A stretch of DNA of 64,000 nucleotides from Candidatus Bathyarchaeota archaeon (GCA_963833575.1 CAWHXY010000004.1:480001-544000); one strand, 5' to 3'; counted from the stretch's first letter, positions 1 through 9,867 are shown. Notes: generated by a model from the letters alone, not told the origin. Numbers and translations: made by a program.

Positions 1-212
1 TCATTCTCCATAGTCTCATAGTGCAAGACCATGCGACTTTCAATGGGTATCCGAAAACATCAATCTAAAATAGATGGTGGGGAACTTCTTTTGGTCGCAA
101 ATTAGTAATTCAATCCTCATTCCCAGTTTACATAAATAAATGGGAAAAAGCTGATGCTAAAATCGAAAGAATAAATGCTTTAAACAAACAAATAGCCGTA
201 TCTCTTTTTGGA

Positions 213-539
213 TTATTCGCTATAGTTGCCGAATTCTTGTCTCAAAATGTCTTGAGACGAATTTTTACGTTTAAGCTGTGGCTCTGTCACAGAACCCCAT
301 AATGAAAAATTGTAATCTTCTTTTTCATCTGGATATTGAGTTTGCAAATTTGTTTCGACTTCACGACCCATAGAATCGCTATAAATATCTGTTTTTTCAA
401 GTTTATTGGTTTTTTTTGCTTGATTACGTTTTTGGTCTTGTTTAGCAATTTGGCAATCAATTAAATTCTTTTTCTCTTTTTGCTTAATTCGCCAATTCCT
501 CGCATATTCCGCACTTTTAGCCTTATCTTGAATGGTCAA
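213..539 (-). CDS. hypothetical protein (basic, coiled-coil-like N-terminus)
   Basis: 108-aa ORF, TTG start preceded by AGGTG; no recognised family. Confidence 0.45.
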   Translation of the reverse strand: MTIQDKAKSAEYARNWRIKQKEKKNLIDCQIAKQDQKRNQAKKTNKLEKTDIYSDSMGREVETNLQTQYPDEKEDYNFSLWGSVTEPQLKRKNSSQDILRQEFGNYSE

Positions 540-594
540 TTACACCTGCAAAATTCTTGACAGTATTCTCTGCATAATATTCTACATTTAAACT

Positions 595-729
595 TTGTTA
601 TTGCAGGTTTATGGGCGTTCCAGCTCTGGACGATTTGTTCCATGGATAGAACTAAAAGGTTACTCAACAAGAGCACACAAATGCCCCATGTGTGAAAAAC
701 GGGCGGCGCCTGAAGTTAAAGAGAACTAA
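595..729 (+). CDS. possible 44-aa peptide with HxCPxC motif
   Basis: Manual translation MLLQVYGRSSSGRFVPWIELKGYSTRAHKCPMCEKRAAPEVKEN; below the ORF-track cutoff, no clear SD. Confidence 0.2.
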   Translation: MLLQVYGRSSSGRFVPWIELKGYSTRAHKCPMCEKRAAPEVKEN

Positions 730-759
730 TTTTTTTGTGAATTACGAGAGTGGTATTCT

Positions 760-1140
760 TTAAAGAGCGCGTGATGTGGATGTTTCTATGACCCTGAGGA
801 TTTCTTTTCTCAAATCTTCCGCAGATTGCTCTCCATTTGCCTTGCTTATTTTTTCTGCTAACGCCGTATCTTTAACTGTACATTCTATCCATTTTTGGAA
901 GTCTTTGCGTTGAAAATGGAATGCGATTGACTCTTTTGGAATAATTGGTAGCTTCGCGGCGAACTCGCTGAGATTGGTTGCAGTTATTCCAGTATAGTTA
1001 CCAATGGCGGTGTAGAAGTGGAAGCCGTTTTCAAAGGAAACTGTTGCGAGAGGCTTTATGATAGAAGGTTTTGTAATTAGTTTGTTTTTAACCTGAACTT
1101 TTTTTGACATGGTTGAAACACTCGCACCTCTGTGCCGCAA
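760..1140 (-). CDS. DUF5752-like protein
   Basis: GFHFYTAIGNYTG..A.NL.EF and SIAFHFQRKDFQKWI pattern; true start may be the internal ATG (MSKK). Confidence 0.7.
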   Translation of the reverse strand: MRHRGASVSTMSKKVQVKNKLITKPSIIKPLATVSFENGFHFYTAIGNYTGITATNLSEFAAKLPIIPKESIAFHFQRKDFQKWIECTVKDTALAEKISKANGEQSAEDLRKEILRVIETSTSRAL

Positions 1141-1243
1141 TTATTATTAAATCTATTGTATGAATTTGTATATTTATGTAAATTATAAGAAAAACCGATA
1201 ATTTTTTGAATTTCGATTCCAAATTCTTGCTATAATATTGAGA

Positions 1244-1593
1244 AATATACATCAAATACAAAGGAATACAAAAAGGGAAATCAAAAAATTAAACGAATAC
1301 TTGAACATACCCTAAATCAAAAACAACGCAAAACAGTCTATTCAGAAATGGCAATTTCATTGTTGTTGTTCCTTCAGAAAAACGATATCAAATCAGAGCT
1401 AACAAGAATTGTGATTGTATCTTTTTGACGTTTGTTGAAGCCCTTTGATGTCCTTTGACGGAAAGTGACGATTGTTGATGAATGGTGACGAATATTGACG
1501 GATCCTGCAGACAGTATAAGCCCTAAAGCAAAAAAGCAATCTGAAACAACATGTTCAAAAATGGCAACACATCTGTTGTTGTTCTATCAAACA
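1244..1593 (+). repeat. phased-array repeat locus A (two units)
   Basis: TG(A/T)N at exact 10-bp period from 1416 to 1496, then CCTGCAGACAGTATAAGCCCTAAAGCAAAAAAGCAATCTGAAACA; ~1305-1380 is a degenerate direct repeat of ~1516-1593. Confidence 0.8.
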
Positions 1594-1661
1594 GTTTATT
1601 TTGCATTTAGAACACAACCTAACGCCTTGATCAATAAAAGAGAAAAAAATACTAACAAGTT

Positions 1662-2027
1662 TTAGTGTGCGATTGCTCCGCCTATCAAACCGCCGACTGC
1701 GGCTACTATGCCCGCAAATATCGCCAGAACGATTGCAACTACGCCTATTGCGAAACCTGCTAAGCCTCCAAACAATGCGCCTGCAATTCCACCAATGAGC
1801 CCTCCGACGATTGCTAGTCCTAAGAAAGCCAGAATCGCTATTAATATGCCGCCGAAAATGCCTGCAAGAAAACCAGCTATTAATCCTCTGCCAATCCCTC
1901 GAGCTATCAGTCCGGCAACCAAGCCGCCGATAAATCCGCCCACCAAGTGACCAATGCCAGGAAAAAGAAAAGCAATAACAACCGTTACCAAAAACCCAAC
2001 AAAAGCACCTAGCCAAATACTTCCCAA
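1662..2027 (-). CDS. Gly-rich membrane protein (DUF5518-like)
   Basis: Hydrophobic GxxxG-rich helices, GGFIGGLVAG motif; GGTGA SD before TTG. Confidence 0.75.
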   Translation of the reverse strand: MGSIWLGAFVGFLVTVVIAFLFPGIGHLVGGFIGGLVAGLIARGIGRGLIAGFLAGIFGGILIAILAFLGLAIVGGLIGGIAGALFGGLAGFAIGVVAIVLAIFAGIVAAVGGLIGGAIAH

Positions 2028-2298
2028 ATCTTTTTCACCACCTGTTCAAACAAGTTCAAGCCTGATTGCCTATAAATTTTAGCTATAGAAAGAATCAAGC
2101 GATTAATTTGATAATACTTTGTTGGTGTAGCTACACAATTACAAAAAAATTAAGCAGAAGTCTTCCAAGCTGGTGGAATGCACGCTATGATTAACTGTGC
2201 CATCATTTTTAAGGTCGTCTATGCGCTAATTTTAATAGAGTGATTTTCCAAACGTATGTTGAAAATAAGAAGATGGGGCAGTTTCTAGGGTCTGGACT

Positions 2299-2973
2299 AT
2301 GGTTTGTTCCGCGTGGGTACTACTTAAAAAAACATTCAGCTTAACGTTGATGCTTAATTCATTTATCACTTTAGCTACTATAACTGGAATTTTATATGGT
2401 TTCTACTTTCACGCGTGGAGGTCATATTCTCCATATCTCATCGATGGAAACTTCTTTCTACTTGCCGCTGCAGCAGCACTCATTAACGTTTTTCCAAGCG
2501 CAAGCATAGGTAGATGTTTGCATACTGGTCGATTATGGTTTCATCATTATGTTTACGGTTTTTTCGTTTTAATAGTTGCATCAATTTTCATAGTTGCCTT
2601 TACAACTGTGCCACTAGATAGACTCTTTATAATAAATTCTTCAAACGTGGCAGTCAATGCAGGAAGATTCTTCGTTTTGACTGGCCTAGTTTTATTCTTA
2701 GATGACCTTCCAGACGTTTCAAAAGGGATAGAATCCGCTCTAAACAAGGTCAAATCGAAAGCTTATCAGATAAGAAAAGCACTCCACATAACTCAATTAA
2801 TTTCTGGGATAGCTACATTTTACGTTTTTCTAACAATTGCGCTCTCTTCGGTTGAACATCATGCATTAACTGTTTCCAACTTCCTTACGATGGGCACTCT
2901 GTTGATAACAAGCATTACTGCCGTTGCTTTCGTCAAAAGAAAAGCTTGGCTAAAAATCAAAGTTGCAGAATAG
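2299..2973 (+). CDS. integral membrane protein
   Basis: About 6 hydrophobic segments; LWFHHYVYG and LFLDD motifs. Confidence 0.7.
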   Translation: MVCSAWVLLKKTFSLTLMLNSFITLATITGILYGFYFHAWRSYSPYLIDGNFFLLAAAAALINVFPSASIGRCLHTGRLWFHHYVYGFFVLIVASIFIVAFTTVPLDRLFIINSSNVAVNAGRFFVLTGLVLFLDDLPDVSKGIESALNKVKSKAYQIRKALHITQLISGIATFYVFLTIALSSVEHHALTVSNFLTMGTLLITSITAVAFVKRKAWLKIKVAE

Positions 2974-3272
2974 TTTTTTCATCGTTTTTTGTTTTAGGAT
3001 CACTTTTCCGATCTCTTCTGGTTGCTGGCATGAATATTTGTTATGAATTTCATAAGTTGCAATATGACGGTTAAGTTGAGGAAACCTACCAATTAGAACT
3101 ATAGGTAGTTGCCTGACTTCATCATTCACTTATGATAGTGCTCCAAGCATTTTTTCATATATTTTGAAGCTTGTTTCTTTATAGCAACTTCAACTGGTAA
3201 TTACGAAAGAAAGTCATTTTATGTTAATTAGCAATCTTTTAAATAGCTTGTATTTCCAATTGAAACGGTCAT

Positions 3273-4490
3273 ATGGCTACTAATACGTTTTCCCCTCAAA
3301 GAATAGCTCACAAAAGGCTTTTTCTCCCTGCGTTGGGACTTTCAGTCTTTTCCGTTTGGTTGATAACGGTTACGTTCGAACTGCTTTTGATTAATATCGC
3401 CAGTTCGTTTCACGTGCAAGTGGGGACAGCCGGTCTTGTAGCTGCAGTTGGTTCAATTTCAGGGATAGCTGCGGGATTGTTACTCTCTTTTTTGAGCGTT
3501 CGCTTCAATCACAAACTCTTCTTGCTAATTGGATTGTCATTTACCTGTTTAGCTGCAGTAGGCTTTTTTTTGGCGCCAACCTTCGATTATGTTTTGTTAA
3601 CAAATATTGGTGTAGGTACTGGAATAGCTATGGTTACCGCTATGGCTTACTCATTGATAGGAGAATTTTATCCTATTGAAAAAAGAGGCAAAGCCATTGG
3701 CTGGATGGTAGCAGCTTCAACTTCATCATTTGTAATTGGAGCCCCAATCATCGGAATAATTGCAAACATCGGAACATGGCGTGCAACAATGATTTGGTTC
3801 TCATTACCAATTACCTTAGCAAGCTTAGTTTTAGCATTGCTTGTCATCCCAAAAGATTCAGTTGAGCAACAGATTTGCCAGAAAGAACCCTTTTTCGCCG
3901 GTTGCAAACAAGTTTTTTCAAACAAATCTGCAACTGCCAGTTTATTCGCCAATATGCTTGCTGTTGCTGAAGGATCTATCGCATTTTATGCTGTTTCTTT
4001 TTTTATAAATCAATTTGGTACAAGCATATCCGTGGGGTCCATTATTATTTTGGTCGGTAATGTTCTGTCGGCTGCGGGGGGTGTAGTGGCTGGTTTATTT
4101 GTGAATCGTATTGGTCGAAAATCTTTAGGCTCTTTCACTGGTTTGGCAGCAGCTTTGCTCACGTTAACGTTTACTTTTATGCCTAGCTTTGCGTTGTCAT
4201 GGGGTTTGAATGCTCTTCGGTTTTGGTTTGCTGGAATGGCTTCTACGGCTCTTGGCAGCTTAGTGATCGAGCAAGTTCCAAAATTCAGATCGACAATGAC
4301 CTCTCTTAATGTCACTTTTATAAATTTAGGAATGCTAACGGCATCGATAGCTGGCGGAATAGCTCTCGACATCTATAGCTACCAAACATTAGCTTTAATT
4401 TTAGGAGGCTTAGGTGTCGCAGGCACAGCTATCTGGGTTTTCTTGGTTAAAGACCCGTGCAAAACACAAAAAACAAACTTTGGAAAATAA
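3273..4490 (+). CDS. MFS transporter
   Basis: 405 aa, about 12 TM helices, EKRGKAIG and NRIGRK loop motifs. Confidence 0.9.
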   Translation: MATNTFSPQRIAHKRLFLPALGLSVFSVWLITVTFELLLINIASSFHVQVGTAGLVAAVGSISGIAAGLLLSFLSVRFNHKLFLLIGLSFTCLAAVGFFLAPTFDYVLLTNIGVGTGIAMVTAMAYSLIGEFYPIEKRGKAIGWMVAASTSSFVIGAPIIGIIANIGTWRATMIWFSLPITLASLVLALLVIPKDSVEQQICQKEPFFAGCKQVFSNKSATASLFANMLAVAEGSIAFYAVSFFINQFGTSISVGSIIILVGNVLSAAGGVVAGLFVNRIGRKSLGSFTGLAAALLTLTFTFMPSFALSWGLNALRFWFAGMASTALGSLVIEQVPKFRSTMTSLNVTFINLGMLTASIAGGIALDIYSYQTLALILGGLGVAGTAIWVFLVKDPCKTQKTNFGK

Positions 4491-4518
4491 AAATGTGATT
4501 TTCGCTTTAGTTTCGCCA

Positions 4519-4800
4519 TAACTTTTCTAAACTGTGTTAAACCTTTTCTGACTTTCTTTGACTTATTTTAACTTTTCTTGATTTTTTTTGATCAACTCGC
4601 AAACAATTCCAGCTCTAAATCAAAAAAACAATCGGAAACAAGCTTTTCAAATTCAAAATAAACCAAAGTGTCAAAAAATGTCAAATCATGTCAAATCGTG
4701 TCAATTTATGTCAAATAATGTCAAAAAATGTATCAACCTGCAACCAATTCAAACCCTAAAACAAAAAAGCAACCCAAATCACAAAGGAAAAAATCTCGCC
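4519..4800 (+). repeat. phased-array repeat locus B (two units)
   Basis: Degenerate TGAC-like array 4519-4592 plus motif; six TGTCAA at 4669, 4679 ... 4719 plus motif CCTGCAACCAATTCAAACCCTAAAACAAAAAAGCAA. Confidence 0.9.
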
Positions 4801-4931
4801 CAAAAACACCAATAAAAAAATACACATAGCATTGAGAAAACACCCAAAAAACAAACTCTTCTTTAAAAAATTCAAGACAAACACAAAAAATGAAAAATTA
4901 AATGACTGCTTCAAAAAAGAGACAGAAGAGC

Positions 4932-6341
4932 TTATTTCTTGTTCATCAGGTACTCGTGCATAGCTTTTGCTGCGCGTTTGCCAGCGCCCATTGCGCTGAT
5001 GACTGTAGCTGCTCCTGTTGCAACGTCCCCGCCTGCGTATACGCCGTCAAGGCTGGTTTTGCCTACTTCGTTAACGCATATTGTTCCGTGTCTTGGGTCG
5101 CTTTGTAGACCGCCTGTGGTTCGCTGTATTATAGGGTTTGGGGTTTGGCCGATGGCAATGATTACTGTGTCAACATCCATGGTGAATTCTGAGCCTGGAA
5201 CCTCTTTTACGCCTCGTCTGCCTTTTGCATCGGGTTCGGTTAGTTCCATTGCGATGCATTTCATGCTTTTAACCCAGCCGCTCTCGTCACCATAAAATTC
5301 GACCGGTGCACCGAGAAACTTGCAGACTAATCCTTCTTCTTCTGCATTCTCAACTTCTTCATGCCTTGCTGGTAATTCTGCACGTGAACGCCTATAGAGT
5401 AAGCATACGTCAGAGCCAAGACGCATACTGCTTCTTGCACAGTCCATAGCAACGTTCCCTCCGCCGATGACTACAACGTGTTTACCTATGCGTATTGGAG
5501 TGTCGTAGTCTGGGAATTGGAAGGCTTTCATGAGGTTGACGCGTATTAAGAATTCATTAGCTGAGTAAATTCCGCCAAGGTTCTCTCCAGGACACCTAGT
5601 AAACTGTGGCAAACCTGCACCACTCCCTATGAATACAGCATCATAACCATTCTTCATAAGTTCAGGAATAGTATGAATTCTGCCAACAAGATTACCTAGA
5701 CGCAAGTCTACGCCAAGCTTCTGGATGTAAGTGATTTCGTTTTGTACAATTGCTTTCGGTAAACGGAACTCTGGAATACCATAAGAAAGCACACCGCCAC
5801 CAACATGTAACGCTTCAAACATGGTTATGTCATGACCGAGTTTTACAAGGTCTGCTGCAACCGTTAATCCTGCAGGACCAGCACCAACCACAGCCACTTT
5901 TTTGCCTGTAGCTGGATCTTTAGGTGGAATTGCATAACCGTTATCCCGTTCCCAATCTGCCAAGAACCGTTCTAAGCGTCCTATGCTGATGGGATCACCC
6001 ATTTTGCCGATAACGCATTTGCTTTGACATTGAACTTCTTGAGGACACACACGTCCGCAAACCGCGGGCAACGCATTCTTGGTTTTGATTGTTGCTATGC
6101 CTTCAGCGTATTTCTTTTCACGAATACATTTGATAAATTGTGAAATAGGAACCTCCACAGGACAACCAGTTCTGCACTGGGGATTTGGACATTGCAAACA
6201 TCGACTTGCTTCTTCTTGTGCTTCTGCTTCGGTGTAACCTAACGCAACTTCACTAAAGTTTTTAGCGCGTACCTTAGGTTCTTGCTTTGCCATTTCAACG
6301 GCTTTCTTATTTAATTTCGGTTTAGGCTTTGCTTCTGCCAC
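4932..6341 (-). CDS. nfnB: NfnB/SudA (GltD-like) electron-bifurcating transhydrogenase large subunit
   Basis: EASRCLQC..C..GCP, CGRVCPQE.QC, GAGPAG, YGIPEFRLPK, GGGNVAMD; start placed at GTG 6341 after GGAGG. Confidence 0.9.
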   Translation of the reverse strand: MAEAKPKPKLNKKAVEMAKQEPKVRAKNFSEVALGYTEAEAQEEASRCLQCPNPQCRTGCPVEVPISQFIKCIREKKYAEGIATIKTKNALPAVCGRVCPQEVQCQSKCVIGKMGDPISIGRLERFLADWERDNGYAIPPKDPATGKKVAVVGAGPAGLTVAADLVKLGHDITMFEALHVGGGVLSYGIPEFRLPKAIVQNEITYIQKLGVDLRLGNLVGRIHTIPELMKNGYDAVFIGSGAGLPQFTRCPGENLGGIYSANEFLIRVNLMKAFQFPDYDTPIRIGKHVVVIGGGNVAMDCARSSMRLGSDVCLLYRRSRAELPARHEEVENAEEEGLVCKFLGAPVEFYGDESGWVKSMKCIAMELTEPDAKGRRGVKEVPGSEFTMDVDTVIIAIGQTPNPIIQRTTGGLQSDPRHGTICVNEVGKTSLDGVYAGGDVATGAATVISAMGAGKRAAKAMHEYLMNKK

Positions 6342-7167
6342 ACTTACAACCTCCACTCATTTCCCACAATACTGAACTTGTTCTTTCTTCAGGAAGCATT
6401 GTACGTTGACGAAGAATTAACTCGTCAAAGTCAGTTTTGTGACCGTCAAATTCTGGTCCATCCACACAGCCAAACATCATTTTGCCGTCAACTGTAACTC
6501 GACACACACCGCACATGCCCATACCGTCAATCATGATGGGTGTTAAAGTTACAACTGTCGGAATGTTATACGGCTTGGTAATTTCGCTAACGTCTTTCAT
6601 TAGGATAACTGGACCCATAACCACGCAGCGGTCAAACTTCTCCGTTTTCAAAAGCTCTTTGAGGAAATCTAAGCCTTTGTAGCCTTTTGAACCATCGTCT
6701 GTTGCAACGTAAACTTTGTCGCTTAGGGCTTTTGCTTCGTTTTCCATCATTATAAACTCTTTAGTTCGTGCGCCAAGAATTGTGGTAACTTTGTTGCCTG
6801 CTTCTTTCATAGCTTTTGCCTGCAACAACAATGGTGCAATCATCACGCTTCCGCCAACACATAGAACTTTGCCGAAGTTTTTCACTTCAGATGGATTACC
6901 AAGTGGACCAGTAACGTTATCGATACATTCGCCTTCGTTTAAAGTGCCAAGCAATTTAGTGGTTTTGCCGACTTCATGGAAAGCAAACGAAACCGTTCCT
7001 TTGGCTATGTCGTATCCACATATCGTTAACGGTATTCGTTCCCCAGTTTTGCCGTCTATTACTATCAAGAACTGCCCAGCTTGCGATTTAGATGCAATAT
7101 CTGGAGCTTCAACTTCAAACAATTTTATTTTTGGAACAAATTCTTTTTTACTTACTATTTTGTACGT
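6322..7167 (-). CDS. nfnA: NfnA/SudB small subunit (FAD, 2Fe-2S); probable ACG start
   Basis: GQF..GERIPLT, GPLG, MIDGMGMCGVCRV, CVDGPEFDGH; frame extends to ACG-YKIVSKKEF..KIKLFEVEAP at 7167. Confidence 0.88.
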   Translation of the reverse strand, partial: TYKIVSKKEFVPKIKLFEVEAPDIASKSQAGQFLIVIDGKTGERIPLTICGYDIAKGTVSFAFHEVGKTTKLLGTLNEGECIDNVTGPLGNPSEVKNFGKVLCVGGSVMIAPLLLQAKAMKEAGNKVTTILGARTKEFIMMENEAKALSDKVYVATDDGSKGYKGLDFLKELLKTEKFDRCVVMGPVILMKDVSEITKPYNIPTVVTLTPIMIDGMGMCGVCRVTVDGKMMFGCVDGPEFDGHKTDFDELILRQRTMLPEERTSSVLWEMSGGCKCGRSKA

Positions 7168-8381
7168 TTCGTTGCCGCCTCCACTAATACTTCTCTTTTA
7201 GGTAATGCTGAAATCTTTTTGTAGAACGCATCCAGTTTCTCATTGAATTCACCCTCACATCTGGGTGATTCTTCGTAAAGTTCGAATCTGTCAAGCAGAC
7301 CATTCTTTTTCAATACGTTCATCATAACCGACAAGTTGCGTTCTGCAGTGGCTCTGCCTTCTTGAAGCTTGCAATCTTTAGATGAGCATACAACAGCCAT
7401 TACACCGTCGAAACCACAGTTTAAAGCGTTGACAACATGAACTGGATCTAAAGATTTGAAACATGGAACTTCAAGAGTCAACACATTTTTACCTTCAAAC
7501 AATTTGTTGGGATTGTCTAAATTAGAGAATTCTGACCACTGGCATACAAAAGCTAGAACTGCTGGAACGTCGCTTTTAGCTTTCAACTTTTGCGCTGAAG
7601 TATTGTAACGGTTAAGAACATTTTCAAATTCGAACCCTTTTACTTGAATAGCGTGATGAGGACAAACTAGCTGACATGCGCCGCAACCAACACATTTCTC
7701 CTCGTTTACTTTCGGGGTGGCAAAGGATTCAAATTCAATTGCTTTGTATGGGCAGATAAAGATGCATTTGTCGCATCCTACACATGTCTGCACGTCGTAA
7801 ACTGCTTTGCGAGAAAATTTAACAACTCTAACAGCGTTTTCATCATAGCCTAACTGTTTAAGAACGTCTCGGGCTAAAACGAGTCTTCGCGTGTTTATCT
7901 TTGTGCCTTCTTTATATCGGCAAAATGGATCTTCACATTGAACCGAAACAATATTTTTCATGCCTAAACTCAGCGCTTCAAAAACGAAGTCGGTTGGAAC
8001 TCTGCCGGCACAGGGCAACCGCAAAGCAATGTAGTTGTTGACCTTTAATCCTTGTTCTTTGAAGATATCTTGGACTTCGCCTGTGGAAGGTGAGTTTCCT
8101 CGGCACATTAAAACAAGCGTATCAACGCTGTTCTTGGTTTTTGCAAGTGCCTCTTTGACATAGGTTGAAAGATTATCGTAAGCGTAATAGTTCATTTTTA
8201 TGGCTGAACTTGGGCACGCACTGTAGCAGATGCCGCAAACCTGGCAATCTTGGCTGTTAATTTCAACTTTTCCTGTTGAATCAGCTTTTATGGCTTCGTA
8301 AGGGCAAATTGATTTGCATACATAACATCGGCTACACAAGTCTTGATCGATTTCGACTACAGCGAGACATTTTTCACTCAT
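7155..8381 (-). CDS. tandem ferredoxin-MvhD(FlpD) repeat Fe-S protein
   Basis: Four CxxCxxCxxxCP motifs in two pairs, each pair followed by an MvhD-like segment (RLPCAGRV / EVPCFKSL, C..xxC). Confidence 0.8.
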   Translation of the reverse strand: MSEKCLAVVEIDQDLCSRCYVCKSICPYEAIKADSTGKVEINSQDCQVCGICYSACPSSAIKMNYYAYDNLSTYVKEALAKTKNSVDTLVLMCRGNSPSTGEVQDIFKEQGLKVNNYIALRLPCAGRVPTDFVFEALSLGMKNIVSVQCEDPFCRYKEGTKINTRRLVLARDVLKQLGYDENAVRVVKFSRKAVYDVQTCVGCDKCIFICPYKAIEFESFATPKVNEEKCVGCGACQLVCPHHAIQVKGFEFENVLNRYNTSAQKLKAKSDVPAVLAFVCQWSEFSNLDNPNKLFEGKNVLTLEVPCFKSLDPVHVVNALNCGFDGVMAVVCSSKDCKLQEGRATAERNLSVMMNVLKKNGLLDRFELYEESPRCEGEFNEKLDAFYKKISALPKREVLVEAATKRTK

Positions 8382-8602
8382 TTTGAAACCTCTTTCTTAT
8401 ACCGCTGCTACTTTAAACTTAAAGGTAGCTTAAAGCCTATTGAAAACATGAAAAGCGGTTTAGAATGATATAATTCTTTCTGTCAAGTTTTGCGGAAAAT
8501 CAATATAACTTCAATTAGAAGGCTTTTTTTGACTGGTGACTTTGGCACTAAATACTTTATTTCATTTGGTTTGAGACGGAAGCAACTCAACTTTTGCTTT
8601 TC

Positions 8603-8848
8603 TTATTGCTTTGTTGCGCCGGCTACTTTAGAGGCTTTTTCCCTAAGGTCCTCTGTTGCATAAAGTTCAATTTTTCCGCAGTTTGGACAAACGAAAACAT
8701 ACATAGGAATCATGCTTTCGCCAAGTTCTGCCCATTCCCCAAAGAGCAACTTCATTCCACCGCTGGTTCCCCCAACTCTGAACTGAGCCGAATAGACAAA
8801 CTGAGCGTTTTGGCCGCAAGCACTGCATTTTCTAATATTTCCACTCAT
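8603..8848 (-). CDS. small zinc-ribbon protein
   Basis: CSAC ... VCPNCGKIELY; AGGTG SD. Confidence 0.75.
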   Translation of the reverse strand: MSGNIRKCSACGQNAQFVYSAQFRVGGTSGGMKLLFGEWAELGESMIPMYVFVCPNCGKIELYATEDLREKASKVAGATKQ

Positions 8849-8925
8849 GTGAGTTTACACCTACAGGTACATTCATTCACCGTTTTTGTTAAATAATTTG
8901 GGATAAGAAGCAAAAACTATCTGCT

Positions 8926-9867
8926 TTATTTTCTGTAATATGGACGCTTAATGTAATTGTACGCTTCAAGGGCTGCAGTGATGCCTTGGCCAACGGCTGT
9001 CCCAACTTGTTTAATCAGCTGATTAGTCACGTCGCCTGCCGAAAACACTCCAGCGAGATTTGTTTGTTGTCTCATGTCAACTTTGATGTAGCCATGATCG
9101 TCGGTTTCAACCCCAGCGGCTTTCGCAAGCTGGCTGTTAGGTGCTTCTCCGATTTGCACGAAAACCGCATCAACTGACAATTCCGTGGTTTTATTTGTTG
9201 TATTATCGATTAAAGCTACTGATTTTACTTGTTTGTCTCCTTTAATTTCTTGAATTTCAGTGTTCCACATTATTTTTACATTGTTTTTTGACGAGATATC
9301 TGAAATTAACGATTCTTCAGCTCTAAAGGCTTGCTTTCTATGAATTACGATAACTTCTGAAGCAAGACCTGAAAGGTAAATCGTAGTTGTGCAAGCTGTG
9401 TTTCCGCCGCCAACAATAAGCACACGTTTACCCTTAAAAAAGGGTCCATCACAGACACCACAGTAACTTACTCCTTTCCCGCGGAATTCGCGTTCTCCTT
9501 TCGCGCCGAGTTCCTTGTAGTGTGAACCCGTCGAAAATATCACAGCTTTGGCTTCATATGTTGCACTTGAGGTTTTAACAATTTTTTTTTCGCCCATAAG
9601 CTCTAATTCTGCTACTGGCTCCAAATCATGAATGTTTGCACCAACTTTTTTGCAGTGGGAAGTCATTTTTTCTGCAAGATCTCCACCGCTAATCTCTGCA
9701 AAACCTGGATAATTAACCACTAACGAAGCATCTGCAATTGTTCCACCAGCAAGTTTTTCTTCTAAAATTAAAGTTTTTAATCCGCTTCGAACAGCATAAA
9801 TTCCTGCTGACAAACCTGCTGAGCCAGCACCAATTATTATGACATCGTAAGTCTCCATGTTAATCAA
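8926..9867 (-). CDS. trxB: thioredoxin reductase
   Basis: IIGAGSAG, GVSYCGVCDG (CxxC), GGGN, FSAGDV. Confidence 0.9.
   Translation of the reverse strand: MINMETYDVIIIGAGSAGLSAGIYAVRSGLKTLILEEKLAGGTIADASLVVNYPGFAEISGGDLAEKMTSHCKKVGANIHDLEPVAELELMGEKKIVKTSSATYEAKAVIFSTGSHYKELGAKGEREFRGKGVSYCGVCDGPFFKGKRVLIVGGGNTACTTTIYLSGLASEVIVIHRKQAFRAEESLISDISSKNNVKIMWNTEIQEIKGDKQVKSVALIDNTTNKTTELSVDAVFVQIGEAPNSQLAKAAGVETDDHGYIKVDMRQQTNLAGVFSAGDVTNQLIKQVGTAVGQGITAALEAYNYIKRPYYRK

Noticed and set aside
1555-2016. 153-aa ORF and many other overlapping or antisense ORFs in the track
   Set aside because: Shadow frames of well-supported genes
4669-4730. Possible CRISPR array or bacterial -35 (TTGACA) cluster
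   Set aside because: The period is 10 bp with no 25-45 bp spacers and no cas genes, and the host is archaeal, so sigma-70 elements do not apply
4588-4815. 75-aa ORF similar to ORF 23748..23954
   Set aside because: Both overlie the phased repeat. The copies differ by a frame-breaking 10-bp unit and share peptide similarity only downstream of it.
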